DNA of 52,397 nucleotides, from IMG/VR virus record IMGVR_UViG_3300030406_002796, positions 1-52,397 of that record. The stretch is one strand, 5' to 3'. Shown one piece after another: positions 44,401-52,045 of this stretch. Numbering within the stretch: the first letter of the stretch is position 1; each line of letters starts with the position of its first letter. The stretch comes from a virus (taxonomy: Duplodnaviria; Caudoviricetes). The notes under the pieces are model-generated. The model was given only the letters and a program-made list of their open reading frames with translations. It was not told the origin of the DNA and did no database searches. The position numbers and the translations under genes were made by a program.

Positions 44401-46507
44401 TAGTAAATCAGCTAGTCAAAACTTTAATACAATACTAGAAGAGTCTCAAGGGACTAACAGGAACAGAACGTTCTCTTATCAAGAAGCTAAACGTTTAGGT
44501 AAAAACAAAGGTTGGTGGAGAATATTTGTACCACCTTCGGCTGAAGACTATAAAGGTTTATTGTATAGATTTTTAGGTACAGGTCGTCAAGGTGAGTTAC
44601 ACATGAAGTATTTAAAAATTAAACTGCTAGACCCGTTTGCTAAAGGTATAAGATCGTGGAATATATATAAGCAAGAGATGGTAAATGAATATGCTCAATT
44701 AAAAAAGAATCTACCTAACGTTGCTAAAGGTTTAACCGCTAAAGTAGGTGAGACTGGTTTTACTACAGATGACGCAATAAGAGTTTACTTGTGGGATAAA
44801 AACGGATTTAATATTCCAGGTATTGATGATGCTACAAAACAAGAGCTAATTGATTTTGTAAACAGATACGGTAACGTTAAAGCTTTTGCTGATACTTTAA
44901 GTAGAATAACTAAGACACAAGAAGGTTATGTTGCACCAACTGAAAACTGGTCACTTGGTAGTATATCAACTGATTTAAATAATGTCGTTAACAAAGTTGG
45001 TAGAAAACAATTTTTAGCAGAGTACTTAGCTAATTCAGAAGCTATATTTACTCCTGAAAATATGAATAAGATAGAGGCTTTATATGGTACTACATTTAGA
45101 GAAGCTTTAGAGAATATAATGTATCGTATGGAAAACGGTGGTAACAGAAGAGTTAGTACTGATAGAAATGTAAATAGAATGCTTAATTGGATTAACGGTT
45201 CTATTGGCGCTATTATGTTTTTTAACATGAGATCTGCATTACTACAAACTATATCTACGGTTAACTTTATAAACTGGAGTGATAATAATATATTTAAAGC
45301 ATCAGCCGCATTTGCTAATCAACCTCAATTTTGGACGGACTTTGCTACACTATTTAACTCACCACAATTAAAACAAAGAAGAAAAGGTATACAAATAGAT
45401 GTATCTGCTTCAGAATTATCTAGAGCTTTTTCTGATGGTAAAGGCACACCTCAATCTGTTATTAGCTGGTTATTAGAAAAAGGTTTCACCCCAACACAAG
45501 TTGCGGATAGCTTTGCTATTTCTTTTGGTGGCGCTAGTTTTTATAGAAACAGACTTAACAAATATAAAAAACAAGGATTTTCAGAGCAACAAGCTAATGA
45601 AAAGGCTATGTTAGATTTTCAAGAGATAGCTGAAGAAACACAACAGTCTTCAAGAGAAGATTTAATATCACAGCAACAGGCTAGTGTATTAGGTAGATTA
45701 ATACTAGCGTTTCAAAACGTTACAATGCAATACACTCGTTTAACAAAGAAAGCTTTATCTGATTTAATAAATGGTAGGGGGGATATGAAAACAAATATAT
45801 CTAAGATACTATATTATGGTATGGTACAAAATTTAATATTTGCTAGCTTACAATCGGCCTTGGCATTTGTTATTTGGGGAGACGATCAAGAAGACATAGA
45901 AGATAAAACTCTTAGAACAGCTAATAGCGCTTTAGATTCTTTTTTACGTGGTACTGGTATATACGGAGCAATAGTATCTACTGTAAAAAATACTATTATA
46001 CAGGCTGAAAAACAAAAGAAGAAAAGCTGGGGTAGAGAAGATGGTAGAACTTTATTAGAGTTAACTAATATATCTCCACCTATAGGTAGTAAGTTAAGAA
46101 AAATATACAACGCTATTAAAACAGAGCAGTATAACAAAGGTGTATCTGAAGAATTAGGACTTAGAATAGAAAACCCAACATTACATAAATGGGCTAGTAT
46201 AATTGAAGCAACTACAAATATACCAACACAAAGATTAATTAAGAAAGCTAATAACTTAGAAGAAGCTATAACAGGCAATCACTTAACATGGCAACGAATA
46301 GCCTTAGGTCTTGGCTGGAATAGATGGGATATTGGTGTTAAGGACGAAGAGCTTGAAGCTGCTAAAAGTGCCGCTAAGTCTAAAAATAAAAGTAATAAGA
46401 AAAGCAATAAGTCTAGTAGTAAAAGATGCTCTGCTATAAAGAAAAGTGGTGGAAGATGTAAGAACAATACTAGAAATAAAAGCGGTAGATGTTATGCTCA
46501 CCAATAA
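38474..46507 (+). CDS. giant polyvalent virion protein (zincin, sigma-like, HAD phosphatase with nested P-loop kinase, C-terminal Zn finger)
   Basis: HELLH (aa 649), FDFDDTL (aa ~1613), GGAGSGKG (aa ~1647), LTAR, FVDD, terminal C-x9-C-x10-C-x2-H. Confidence 0.75.
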   Translation: MKEYILNGKTVKVSSENEQAFIKANPNAKIKETSWWRGEEGWIPDELEFWKRKEESPGKSIGASQPQENQTENTDSSSATGLLGFVKYKLGEKFVKVAPANTKAFEKENPEATQATFQKGTILDKITDDKDTIPQDKGYLSELVLSLKQGKRGLTTDGAFDLMRHGKNITDEKLQEWVRDVEKYGGVPQTQAQIEYNRKLEENGGGIWGHIKVMSDPRNTMLSLEWVPQQILGSLSTMATSLYGSDEVRVSAAGGAGAGAVATRSPYGGVAGAYSAGIGAMEAGLEFTELLKEELAEKGVDPNDYDNGFTADNIRSLILEDPASLEKIRKKALARGMSMAVVEAMTFGVARGTGKLVLDKTMSKSKTALAVTGTEMVGGAASEAAGQFASGGTAEPGGFSVQKGIENLDSGDIFIEGILEGPTAVLNTDILFSGSRGEKYTINGSEVTKKRVVSILQDNDLTTQEKAKILSNIEITNDKTLQSYLDKALSDINIEMNIDARVVDRADRKRLVELENQRRKAEADTKKTGVFSVSDADKKLNDINLAIEEILAPYQNQIDKNLSDVQIQRDQAAEFNQNMSERIFKSNLEFAKKHSALYGLNVNDTLTREEIRKAYGDEAADADGFIDGDQIIINSEVAQFTDAVNVGNHELLHGILRKEMKNNPNQFANIRQELSQQIGNQWQYVENRVKEAGYTEQYMIENPDEWITLTSDAIANGQITYSESVFQPLMDFILPILRAAGFKKIKFDSGKDVFEFLKEYNRSIHKGSLSSGIVSATQGVTQVEGGPKFAKSNLAGMLDRFDGNTRRMINQTVARQANGEPVAFREDKFGNYISSVDSEFGQEVMPIVESITKRLFDPIPTNIADQASVSRGSYQSDLVNEAATLVNNEYNGRQPLDQFVSNRLNLRAQSLARRLGIKSVEESSKETRINQGDSQLQVQDRDQTDTAFEEKDLSPQQQRKDLKEDTRQINSGEFVKDIYMFDNETTIEPLRQTLNEINYDASGSYEQLAADMVSQQNPAESSKNKVKPTGVLYPAHKLLSESYWQVNPNSIIAKPQTLTVPESNNIRTKIIEAIKNTRTKKGLSPVKRVVSAILPKTNLNPNTLTSIGLSTKTLEVFYLDRNIETGETTRPKNLKAQALNINNMADSDILMNIGITNELTLMPHDRKFNPILKSFVKQGNALVINQEIRSLIKDQAANIGVGRPDILFSKSVKNSYRKSPADLANDYNIKLVPGSSKTRAKNSMYNETETWAQARDRVLREYLTEYPQYRVLMQKGLCASSKRTMYTSVKEFNEAAGPMPPGVDIINALKTEYNVKRRFTPKAFKKFKTEKFKQGEAKKLETLKDFFVSIQEFSESKKIDGKVSPDMFLFLEMLRDSSTGGQAHIIRILAPVKFYTVDQRTRKPIYDKEVVEEHTDPQNQIGTALMDAAINGNVNEVFDVIGGSYMQGSLLETSDNLIANKEKNPNKRDLTRDMPDFYFDEVIPRIKSGELKLPDGMASVVRMAIQGVNLNELMLIDSNQTIAEFFNVGIDTKNMTDAQIEYLIPYQNDLIIKQLTTKTMTKTKARNSINKISKTVYKKNAKQLQSSLDSSKAIINTYKYSKSGKTRGMSTFDFDDTLGFTKSGVRANIPNNDGLPKPERKVIFLAGGAGSGKGNVIRKLNLEKDGFKIVNSDISLEWLKKNSGLPADMRDLTKEQRSTLGKLGAQARKIARGKMMKYQGNANGVVVDGTGGSVRTMQKLVDEFKSKGYDVSMIFVDTSLDVALQRNRARQERSLLDKIVIRNHEAVQGNKSSFKEMFGDRFMEVNTDNLTQQSPMPTDLVNNVTDFVSGYERRRLDAEEFAAEGDAILEQGGEFDFSEFNDVVDGTPGPLLEKARQRAAKYGTKDMFVLTARPQAAAPAIKQFLKSQGLDIPLKNITGLANSSGNAKAQWMLGKFAEGYNDMYFVDDALQNVEAVKQVLDQLDIKSDVVQAKRKFSKSASQNFNTILEESQGTNRNRTFSYQEAKRLGKNKGWWRIFVPPSAEDYKGLLYRFLGTGRQGELHMKYLKIKLLDPFAKGIRSWNIYKQEMVNEYAQLKKNLPNVAKGLTAKVGETGFTTDDAIRVYLWDKNGFNIPGIDDATKQELIDFVNRYGNVKAFADTLSRITKTQEGYVAPTENWSLGSISTDLNNVVNKVGRKQFLAEYLANSEAIFTPENMNKIEALYGTTFREALENIMYRMENGGNRRVSTDRNVNRMLNWINGSIGAIMFFNMRSALLQTISTVNFINWSDNNIFKASAAFANQPQFWTDFATLFNSPQLKQRRKGIQIDVSASELSRAFSDGKGTPQSVISWLLEKGFTPTQVADSFAISFGGASFYRNRLNKYKKQGFSEQQANEKAMLDFQEIAEETQQSSREDLISQQQASVLGRLILAFQNVTMQYTRLTKKALSDLINGRGDMKTNISKILYYGMVQNLIFASLQSALAFVIWGDDQEDIEDKTLRTANSALDSFLRGTGIYGAIVSTVKNTIIQAEKQKKKSWGREDGRTLLELTNISPPIGSKLRKIYNAIKTEQYNKGVSEELGLRIENPTLHKWASIIEATTNIPTQRLIKKANNLEEAITGNHLTWQRIALGLGWNRWDIGVKDEELEAAKSAAKSKNKSNKKSNKSSSKRCSAIKKSGGRCKNNTRNKSGRCYAHQ

Positions 46508-46510
46508 ATG

Positions 46511-46528
46511 TGTGATTATATTATAGAA
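46511..46528 (+). promoter_or_regulatory. putative late promoter motif
   Basis: TGTGATTATATTATAGAA. Confidence 0.45.
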
Positions 46529-46543
46529 TCAAAACTTTAAAAT

Positions 46544-46723
46544 ATGATAAACTGGATTAATTCTTGGAAATCAGGAAACAAAAAAGAAATATACGAATTA
46601 ACTTTTAGATTAGGAACATGGACAATGTTTGAAGTAATGTTTTGTCCTTGTGCTAAGTGTAAAAACAAAGGCACATGTCCTAGATTTAGATTTATGATTT
46701 TAAACTTTGGGTTTGAAATATAG
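46544..46723 (+). CDS. 59-aa hypothetical protein with Cys cluster
   Basis: Manual translation MINWINSWKSGNKKEIYELTFRLG...FCPCAKCKNKGTCPRFRFMILNFGFEI; abuts next gene. Confidence 0.65.
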   Translation: MINWINSWKSGNKKEIYELTFRLGTWTMFEVMFCPCAKCKNKGTCPRFRFMILNFGFEI

Positions 46724-48412
46724 ATGATGAAATGGATAGGTCAACACATATGGGATTATATATCTAGATTTCGTAATGATGTCTACCTAGAAGATGTAGA
46801 CTCTGGTACCATCGTTAGCGGTGGTAACCTGGGTCTAGATTCAAATAATAAAATAGTAAAAAATACTGTAAGCAGCACGACAGATTTAACCAGTGATGTA
46901 ACTGGTGTATTACCCGTGGCAAATGGAGGCACTGGAGCTAGTAGTCTTACTAGTAATAGGGTACTAACAGGTAATGGATCTAGCGCTATACAAGCTGAAG
47001 ATAATTTATACTTCCAACACCCATCGTTAATAATAGGTGCTGATGACGACTCAATGTCAATAATAGAAAAAGCAGAGCATAGTGATGGTCATGGAGGCGT
47101 ATTTAAAATACAAGGTGCTCCAGCTAACGCTGGTCAAACTGATAAAAACGGTGGTGATATATATATTTCTGCTGGAAGACCTACCGGTGCAGGAACATTT
47201 GGTGAAATACAATTTTATGGAGGAGATGTTGAAGGAACTGGTACTTCATTAAGAACTAATAGTTTAATTTCAAAATTAGCTGGTAATGCTGCTACCTCAA
47301 CTGATTTTTATTTATACGAAAGAGCTGGAGCTAGTAGTGATGATTATTTTAAAGCCTCTGTTGCAGCTAATGGAGCAACAACGCTTTCTACTACGGATGG
47401 GGCGGGTACATCAGCGGGAACGTTAACTTTAGACGCTGATGGTTTAATTAACATAGACGCTGATAGAAATGGTGATGTAAATTTTCAAGACAATAGTGTA
47501 ACATTTGCAAGGCTTAATAATGTTGGTAGCACTTCTAATTTATTTTTATATGAAGCCGCTGGAGCAAGCTTTAGCGATTATTTTAAAATAGCTACAAACA
47601 CTAATGGTGATACAACGATAAGTACTGTAGATACTGCTGGCACGGACGCTAATTTAACATTAGATATCGATGGAACAATAACAATAGATTCAACTGACGG
47701 TATAGTAAATTTTGATGAGGATACAGCCTCTATGGCAAGAATACAAAGTGGGTTAGGCAATATATTAGAAGTGTTTGGAAACTCGAATGGATCTGGTAAA
47801 ATATCATTAAGTGAAGATACAGACAATGGTACAAATGATATTACAATACAAGCACCTATTGACATAAGTGGTAACCGAATTCAACAATTAGCTGATGCTA
47901 GTGGTTATATTGCTTTAACAAACGATACTTCCGGCAGACAGTTTTGGATGCAAACTATAGGTGGTTATAAAACAAATAACAACTCTAGTACGTTTTATTA
48001 TTTTCCATTTAGAGGAGCAACTGGCGATAATTGGGGTAATTCTGATAGCTCTATAAGTTCTATAAACCAATATGATGCTGCTGCGCATTTCATGATAGCG
48101 CCAGCAAGTGGTGTGATAACAAATATAAAAGTTCACGGATATGTAACTGGAACAACAGACCCGTTTAAATTTTACATTAAACATAGTGCTATGACGAATA
48201 ACGCAACTAGTATATCATTAACAGACATGTTTAATACCTCTACTATAACTCCTTCAACTACCGCAAGAACCTGGAGCCATACTGAGGATTTTAGTTCTAA
48301 TAACACTTTTGATGAAGATGATATGTTATTTTGTTTTATAAAAAAAGATTCAACATCTGGAAACTCTTCTCACTATTTTCAAATGACAATAAGTGGATAT
48401 ATAAACGTATAA
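46724..48412 (+). CDS. tail fibre / receptor-binding protein
   Basis: VTGVLPVANGGTGASS motif, Gly/Thr/Asp-rich; two ~55-aa internal repeats (LYE.AGAS..DYFK.....NG.TT.ST.D.AGT). Confidence 0.75.
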   Translation: MMKWIGQHIWDYISRFRNDVYLEDVDSGTIVSGGNLGLDSNNKIVKNTVSSTTDLTSDVTGVLPVANGGTGASSLTSNRVLTGNGSSAIQAEDNLYFQHPSLIIGADDDSMSIIEKAEHSDGHGGVFKIQGAPANAGQTDKNGGDIYISAGRPTGAGTFGEIQFYGGDVEGTGTSLRTNSLISKLAGNAATSTDFYLYERAGASSDDYFKASVAANGATTLSTTDGAGTSAGTLTLDADGLINIDADRNGDVNFQDNSVTFARLNNVGSTSNLFLYEAAGASFSDYFKIATNTNGDTTISTVDTAGTDANLTLDIDGTITIDSTDGIVNFDEDTASMARIQSGLGNILEVFGNSNGSGKISLSEDTDNGTNDITIQAPIDISGNRIQQLADASGYIALTNDTSGRQFWMQTIGGYKTNNNSSTFYYFPFRGATGDNWGNSDSSISSINQYDAAAHFMIAPASGVITNIKVHGYVTGTTDPFKFYIKHSAMTNNATSISLTDMFNTSTITPSTTARTWSHTEDFSSNNTFDEDDMLFCFIKKDSTSGNSSHYFQMTISGYINV

Positions 48413-48425
48413 TTAAATTAACAAA

Positions 48426-48743
48426 ATGGCTATAACTAAATTTACAGACGATAAAAGTAATAATAAATACGACGAAGTAATACCTACTAATGAAGAGGAA
48501 ATGGACACAATGCAACATTTTTTAAAAAAGCTAGTTGACAAAACTGATGAAGGGGTAGATAAAACAAACGAGCATATAAATAAAATTATAACAGTAGGAT
48601 CCAACACAACGCTATCATTTGGTGATATGGTTTTTACTACAGTAAAAGGTAAGACAACTTATAGTATAGTAATGACTGTAGCGTACACTGATCCTTCTAG
48701 TAGCAAGGTAACAACAAAATCAACAACGTTAACACTAACATAA
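48426..48743 (+). CDS. hypothetical protein (tail-fibre associated)
   Basis: ORF track; context. Confidence 0.55.
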   Translation: MAITKFTDDKSNNKYDEVIPTNEEEMDTMQHFLKKLVDKTDEGVDKTNEHINKIITVGSNTTLSFGDMVFTTVKGKTTYSIVMTVAYTDPSSSKVTTKSTTLTLT

Positions 48744-49045
48744 TGGCAAAATATATAAATCAAAGTGGAGATACCGGTGGTGGTGATTTAACGTTATTAC
48801 AAAAGCACGTTAATAAAATTATAGTTAAGTCTATAACTATAACGTGTACTCACGCGTCTAATGATTTGGTAATTGATAGACTTTATTTAGATAATGGTAC
48901 TAATGAGTTCGATATACTACATGCTGTTACGGTTCCTTTGGGTGCCACACTTTTATTAGACGAAGGTTTTAACTATGACTTTAAGAATTTTGATTTAAAA
49001 ATAGAAACATCAGGTTCTTCAAGTTGTTCAATAATAATTATATAA
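48743..49045 (+). CDS. hypothetical structural protein
   Basis: ORF track; VTVPLGATLLL beta-sandwich pattern. Confidence 0.55.
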   Translation: MAKYINQSGDTGGGDLTLLQKHVNKIIVKSITITCTHASNDLVIDRLYLDNGTNEFDILHAVTVPLGATLLLDEGFNYDFKNFDLKIETSGSSSCSIIII

Positions 49046-49653
49046 TGAAACTAACAAAAGAAATAATAGAGAAAGCCGTAAAAGAAAAAGGCTATAAATG
49101 GTTTGAAACAGGTGACTATAATATTAATATAGTTGGCGTAAGAAACTCTGATACAGGAAATGAAGTCACAAATAAGTTTGATGATAAAATTACTTTATCA
49201 TTTAAATGTGATGGGCAATGGGAGTTTTACGAGTACGATTGCACTACAGATCCCGGTAAATATTGGGTGGAGAATATAATGAGAAAGGAAGGTGTTGCTG
49301 TATTGAAAGAAGGGCAGTATCGTGGTTCTCATAAAATTAGATTACATCAAGGTAGATACGAAGCGTTAGGACAAAACGGTCCTGTTACAGTTTACCGTGA
49401 TGCTAATAAAGATAATAAGTTTGATTTAAGTAATGAAAATACTCAAACAGGTTTGTTCGGTATTAATATACATAGAGCAACTAAATGGGGTGGTAAAAAA
49501 TCTAAGCAAGTAGACAAATGGTCTGCTGGCTGCCAAGTTATAGCAGCTAATGATGATTGGCACGAGTTTATGGATATATGCAGAGTTGCTAGAGATAAAT
49601 GGGGTAATAGCTTCACATACACATTAATAGAAAGTAAAGATTTAAAATTATAA
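49045..49653 (+). CDS. putative endolysin, L,D-transpeptidase (YkuD)-like fold
   Basis: GINIH...WSAGCQV His/Cys catalytic motif; start moved to ATG 49045 (TAATG overlap). Confidence 0.7.
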   Translation: MKLTKEIIEKAVKEKGYKWFETGDYNINIVGVRNSDTGNEVTNKFDDKITLSFKCDGQWEFYEYDCTTDPGKYWVENIMRKEGVAVLKEGQYRGSHKIRLHQGRYEALGQNGPVTVYRDANKDNKFDLSNENTQTGLFGINIHRATKWGGKKSKQVDKWSAGCQVIAANDDWHEFMDICRVARDKWGNSFTYTLIESKDLKL

Positions 49654-49655
49654 AT

Positions 49656-50297
49656 ATGGCACGTACAAATAAAAAAGGTGGTAACACAGCAGGATTAAAA
49701 GGTTGGTCTGCATTTACTCCTCAAGAAAAATCAATGAACAGATCTTCTCAACCTGATGGAAGAGCTAAAAGTAGTTCTATGCAAATGAAGTCTCCTAAAG
49801 ACTTTAATCCTGGTTTAAGGGCAGCATCGAAAGCTGGTAAGTTAGATAATAACCCTAAGTTTAAAGCCGCTGTTGACAATAGCTCTCCACAGAAAGTAGT
49901 TCCAGCTATAATGGCCGGCCTTACAGCTGCTGACTTATTATATCAAGGTTATAAATATGTTAAAAAAAGAAGTGGTAAAGCTGCTAGAACAGTAAAGAAC
50001 GAGATAAACAAAAGAAAAAGAGCAGATCTAATGAAAAGGTATAATGCTTTACCTCCTGAGATGAAGAAAAAAATAGGACCGCCTCCAACAATGCCTAAAG
50101 CCGGTGGTACTAAAACAGATAAACCTAAGTCTACAATTGGAAATGCAGGAAAGAAAACTAAGAAATTAACTTACGCCGAGGCTAAGAAAAATGATCCTAA
50201 TTTAGGGGCGTATGTTGCTGAAAGAAAGAAGCATAAAAAAGGATCTCCTGAATATAAAGCCGTGCAGGCTAAAATAAATGCTGCATATAGAATATAA
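49656..50297 (+). CDS. basic protein related to 7977-9503
   Basis: SSPQK motif; C-terminal AKKNDPNL...ERKKHKKGS.EY...Q.KIN.AY shared with the 508-aa protein. Confidence 0.7.
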   Translation: MARTNKKGGNTAGLKGWSAFTPQEKSMNRSSQPDGRAKSSSMQMKSPKDFNPGLRAASKAGKLDNNPKFKAAVDNSSPQKVVPAIMAGLTAADLLYQGYKYVKKRSGKAARTVKNEINKRKRADLMKRYNALPPEMKKKIGPPPTMPKAGGTKTDKPKSTIGNAGKKTKKLTYAEAKKNDPNLGAYVAERKKHKKGSPEYKAVQAKINAAYRI

Positions 50298-50307
50298 CAA
50301 TTGTAAT

Positions 50308-51351
50308 ATGAAAAATTTATTATTATTATTTCTGTTGGTTAGTACTATAAGTACGGCACAGATAAAAGATTTTTTTCAGTACTCAACCTTTTACTCATCG
50401 ATGTCTATGAATACGTCGTTTGTTGAGAGAGAGGACTATAGAGCTGTAAACAAGGGTTATGAAGACATAACTGAAATTAATGCGTACGATTACAATTTAA
50501 CGTTAGGATTACGCAAAATAGCTAGATTTGATTATGAGACAAAAAGACAAACATGGTACACTGGAACCGAAAGAAATACTGCAGACAATGTTACTATTGG
50601 TAATGCTAATGGCTGGGAGTATTTGTTTAATTATTCTTTTATACGTAATCGTGGTGAAAAGTTTACTGAGCAAAATTTTTGGTTACGTTACTTGGGTGAT
50701 TGGTTTGTGGTTAAAGCACAGTACGCGGATAATGAAAGGGTAAACTTAAGGTATTCATCGTTAGATTATAGAATAAGATTTAACAAAGGTAACTGGGATT
50801 TTACTATTGGAACTATATTTAGAGTACATCCAGTATATGGAGTAAATCCTATTGAAGATTTTTGGATACCAGGTGAAAGTACGTTTCAAGATTTAGCAGG
50901 AGACTTTGGTTACGTACCACAACCTTGGAATCAAGGTTTTTATATAGACCAAAATTGGTACGACGTTAGTGGTGGAGACTCAGTGCTAGTAGCTACTTCT
51001 AACGATGAGTTCTTTAATCATTACTTTGGCGACGCGGTTGCTAGATACAACGAGCGTGAACTTGAAAAATTAGGTATGCAAAAAGAATTAAGTGCTGTTA
51101 TTGGTGTTGCTTATTATAAGTATACACCTAACTTTTGGCTACATACATGGTATAATTTTTTACCATACCATAAAGGATTAGATGATTACTCGTATGAATA
51201 CGAAGACAGTATGGCAGAGTGGGATGCTGGTATTATATTTGGAACTAAGATAACTAGAAGTTTAGGTCTATTTGTAGAAGGTACTCACATGAGATACTGG
51301 GGTAAAGAAATATACGAAGTAAAATTTGGGTTTAACTATTTAATATTTTAA
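50308..51351 (+). CDS. outer-membrane beta-barrel protein (putative)
   Basis: Signal peptide MKNLLLLFLLVSTISTA|Q, alternating aromatic strands, C-terminal YEVKFGFNYLIF beta-signal; start moved to ATG 50308. Confidence 0.7.
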   Translation: MKNLLLLFLLVSTISTAQIKDFFQYSTFYSSMSMNTSFVEREDYRAVNKGYEDITEINAYDYNLTLGLRKIARFDYETKRQTWYTGTERNTADNVTIGNANGWEYLFNYSFIRNRGEKFTEQNFWLRYLGDWFVVKAQYADNERVNLRYSSLDYRIRFNKGNWDFTIGTIFRVHPVYGVNPIEDFWIPGESTFQDLAGDFGYVPQPWNQGFYIDQNWYDVSGGDSVLVATSNDEFFNHYFGDAVARYNERELEKLGMQKELSAVIGVAYYKYTPNFWLHTWYNFLPYHKGLDDYSYEYEDSMAEWDAGIIFGTKITRSLGLFVEGTHMRYWGKEIYEVKFGFNYLIF

Positions 51352-51353
51352 TT

Positions 51354-52043
51354 ATGAAAAAATACATTATAATTTTATTTGCGTTTATAAGCTCGTTCGC
51401 TTATACGCAAGAACTAGACTTTCAAGAATTATGCATTGCATGTGCAGAGCAAAATGGTTTTTATTGTGGTGATGACCCAGCAAACTGGACACAATATTCT
51501 CCTAACGGTTGTGTACCTAATGGCCCAAATTTATTTTACTTAAACGACGGGTGGGAAGATTGTGTAGATGGTAGCGATGAAGCAAATGCTGTACCAACTT
51601 TAATAGAAGACTGCGGACCTATTGGACCTCCACCTTGTGATACAGTTTATGTAGACGTTATACAATATGAAACTATATTTGATACTATACCAGAGTATAT
51701 ATATGAAATTATAATTGATACTGTAGAAGTTGAGGTGTTTGTGCCTGAATATATTTATATTACTGATACGGTAACGGTATATGAAGATATATTAGATACT
51801 TTATTTGTTGATGTTATAGAATACGTAGATGTTTTTGTTTACGATACTATAGTACAAATAGAATACGTAGAGTTTATAGAATATGTTGACTGTGATACTG
51901 GTATGCCTTGTAGCTCTAATATACAAGAGATAATAAATAACTCTAAAAAAAATAATACAATATATAATATTAACGGGCAGGCAATAAAAGAACCAGAAGG
52001 ATTATATATTGAAGATGGTAAAATAAAACTTAAAATAAAATAG
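51354..52043 (+). CDS. secreted protein with LDLa-like domain and T9SS-type C-terminal domain
   Basis: Signal peptide; CVP...NDGWEDCVDGSDE; repeated DT[VIL]; IYNINGQ...EGLYIEDGK. Confidence 0.65.
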   Translation: MKKYIIILFAFISSFAYTQELDFQELCIACAEQNGFYCGDDPANWTQYSPNGCVPNGPNLFYLNDGWEDCVDGSDEANAVPTLIEDCGPIGPPPCDTVYVDVIQYETIFDTIPEYIYEIIIDTVEVEVFVPEYIYITDTVTVYEDILDTLFVDVIEYVDVFVYDTIVQIEYVEFIEYVDCDTGMPCSSNIQEIINNSKKNNTIYNINGQAIKEPEGLYIEDGKIKLKIK

Positions 52044-52045
52044 TT

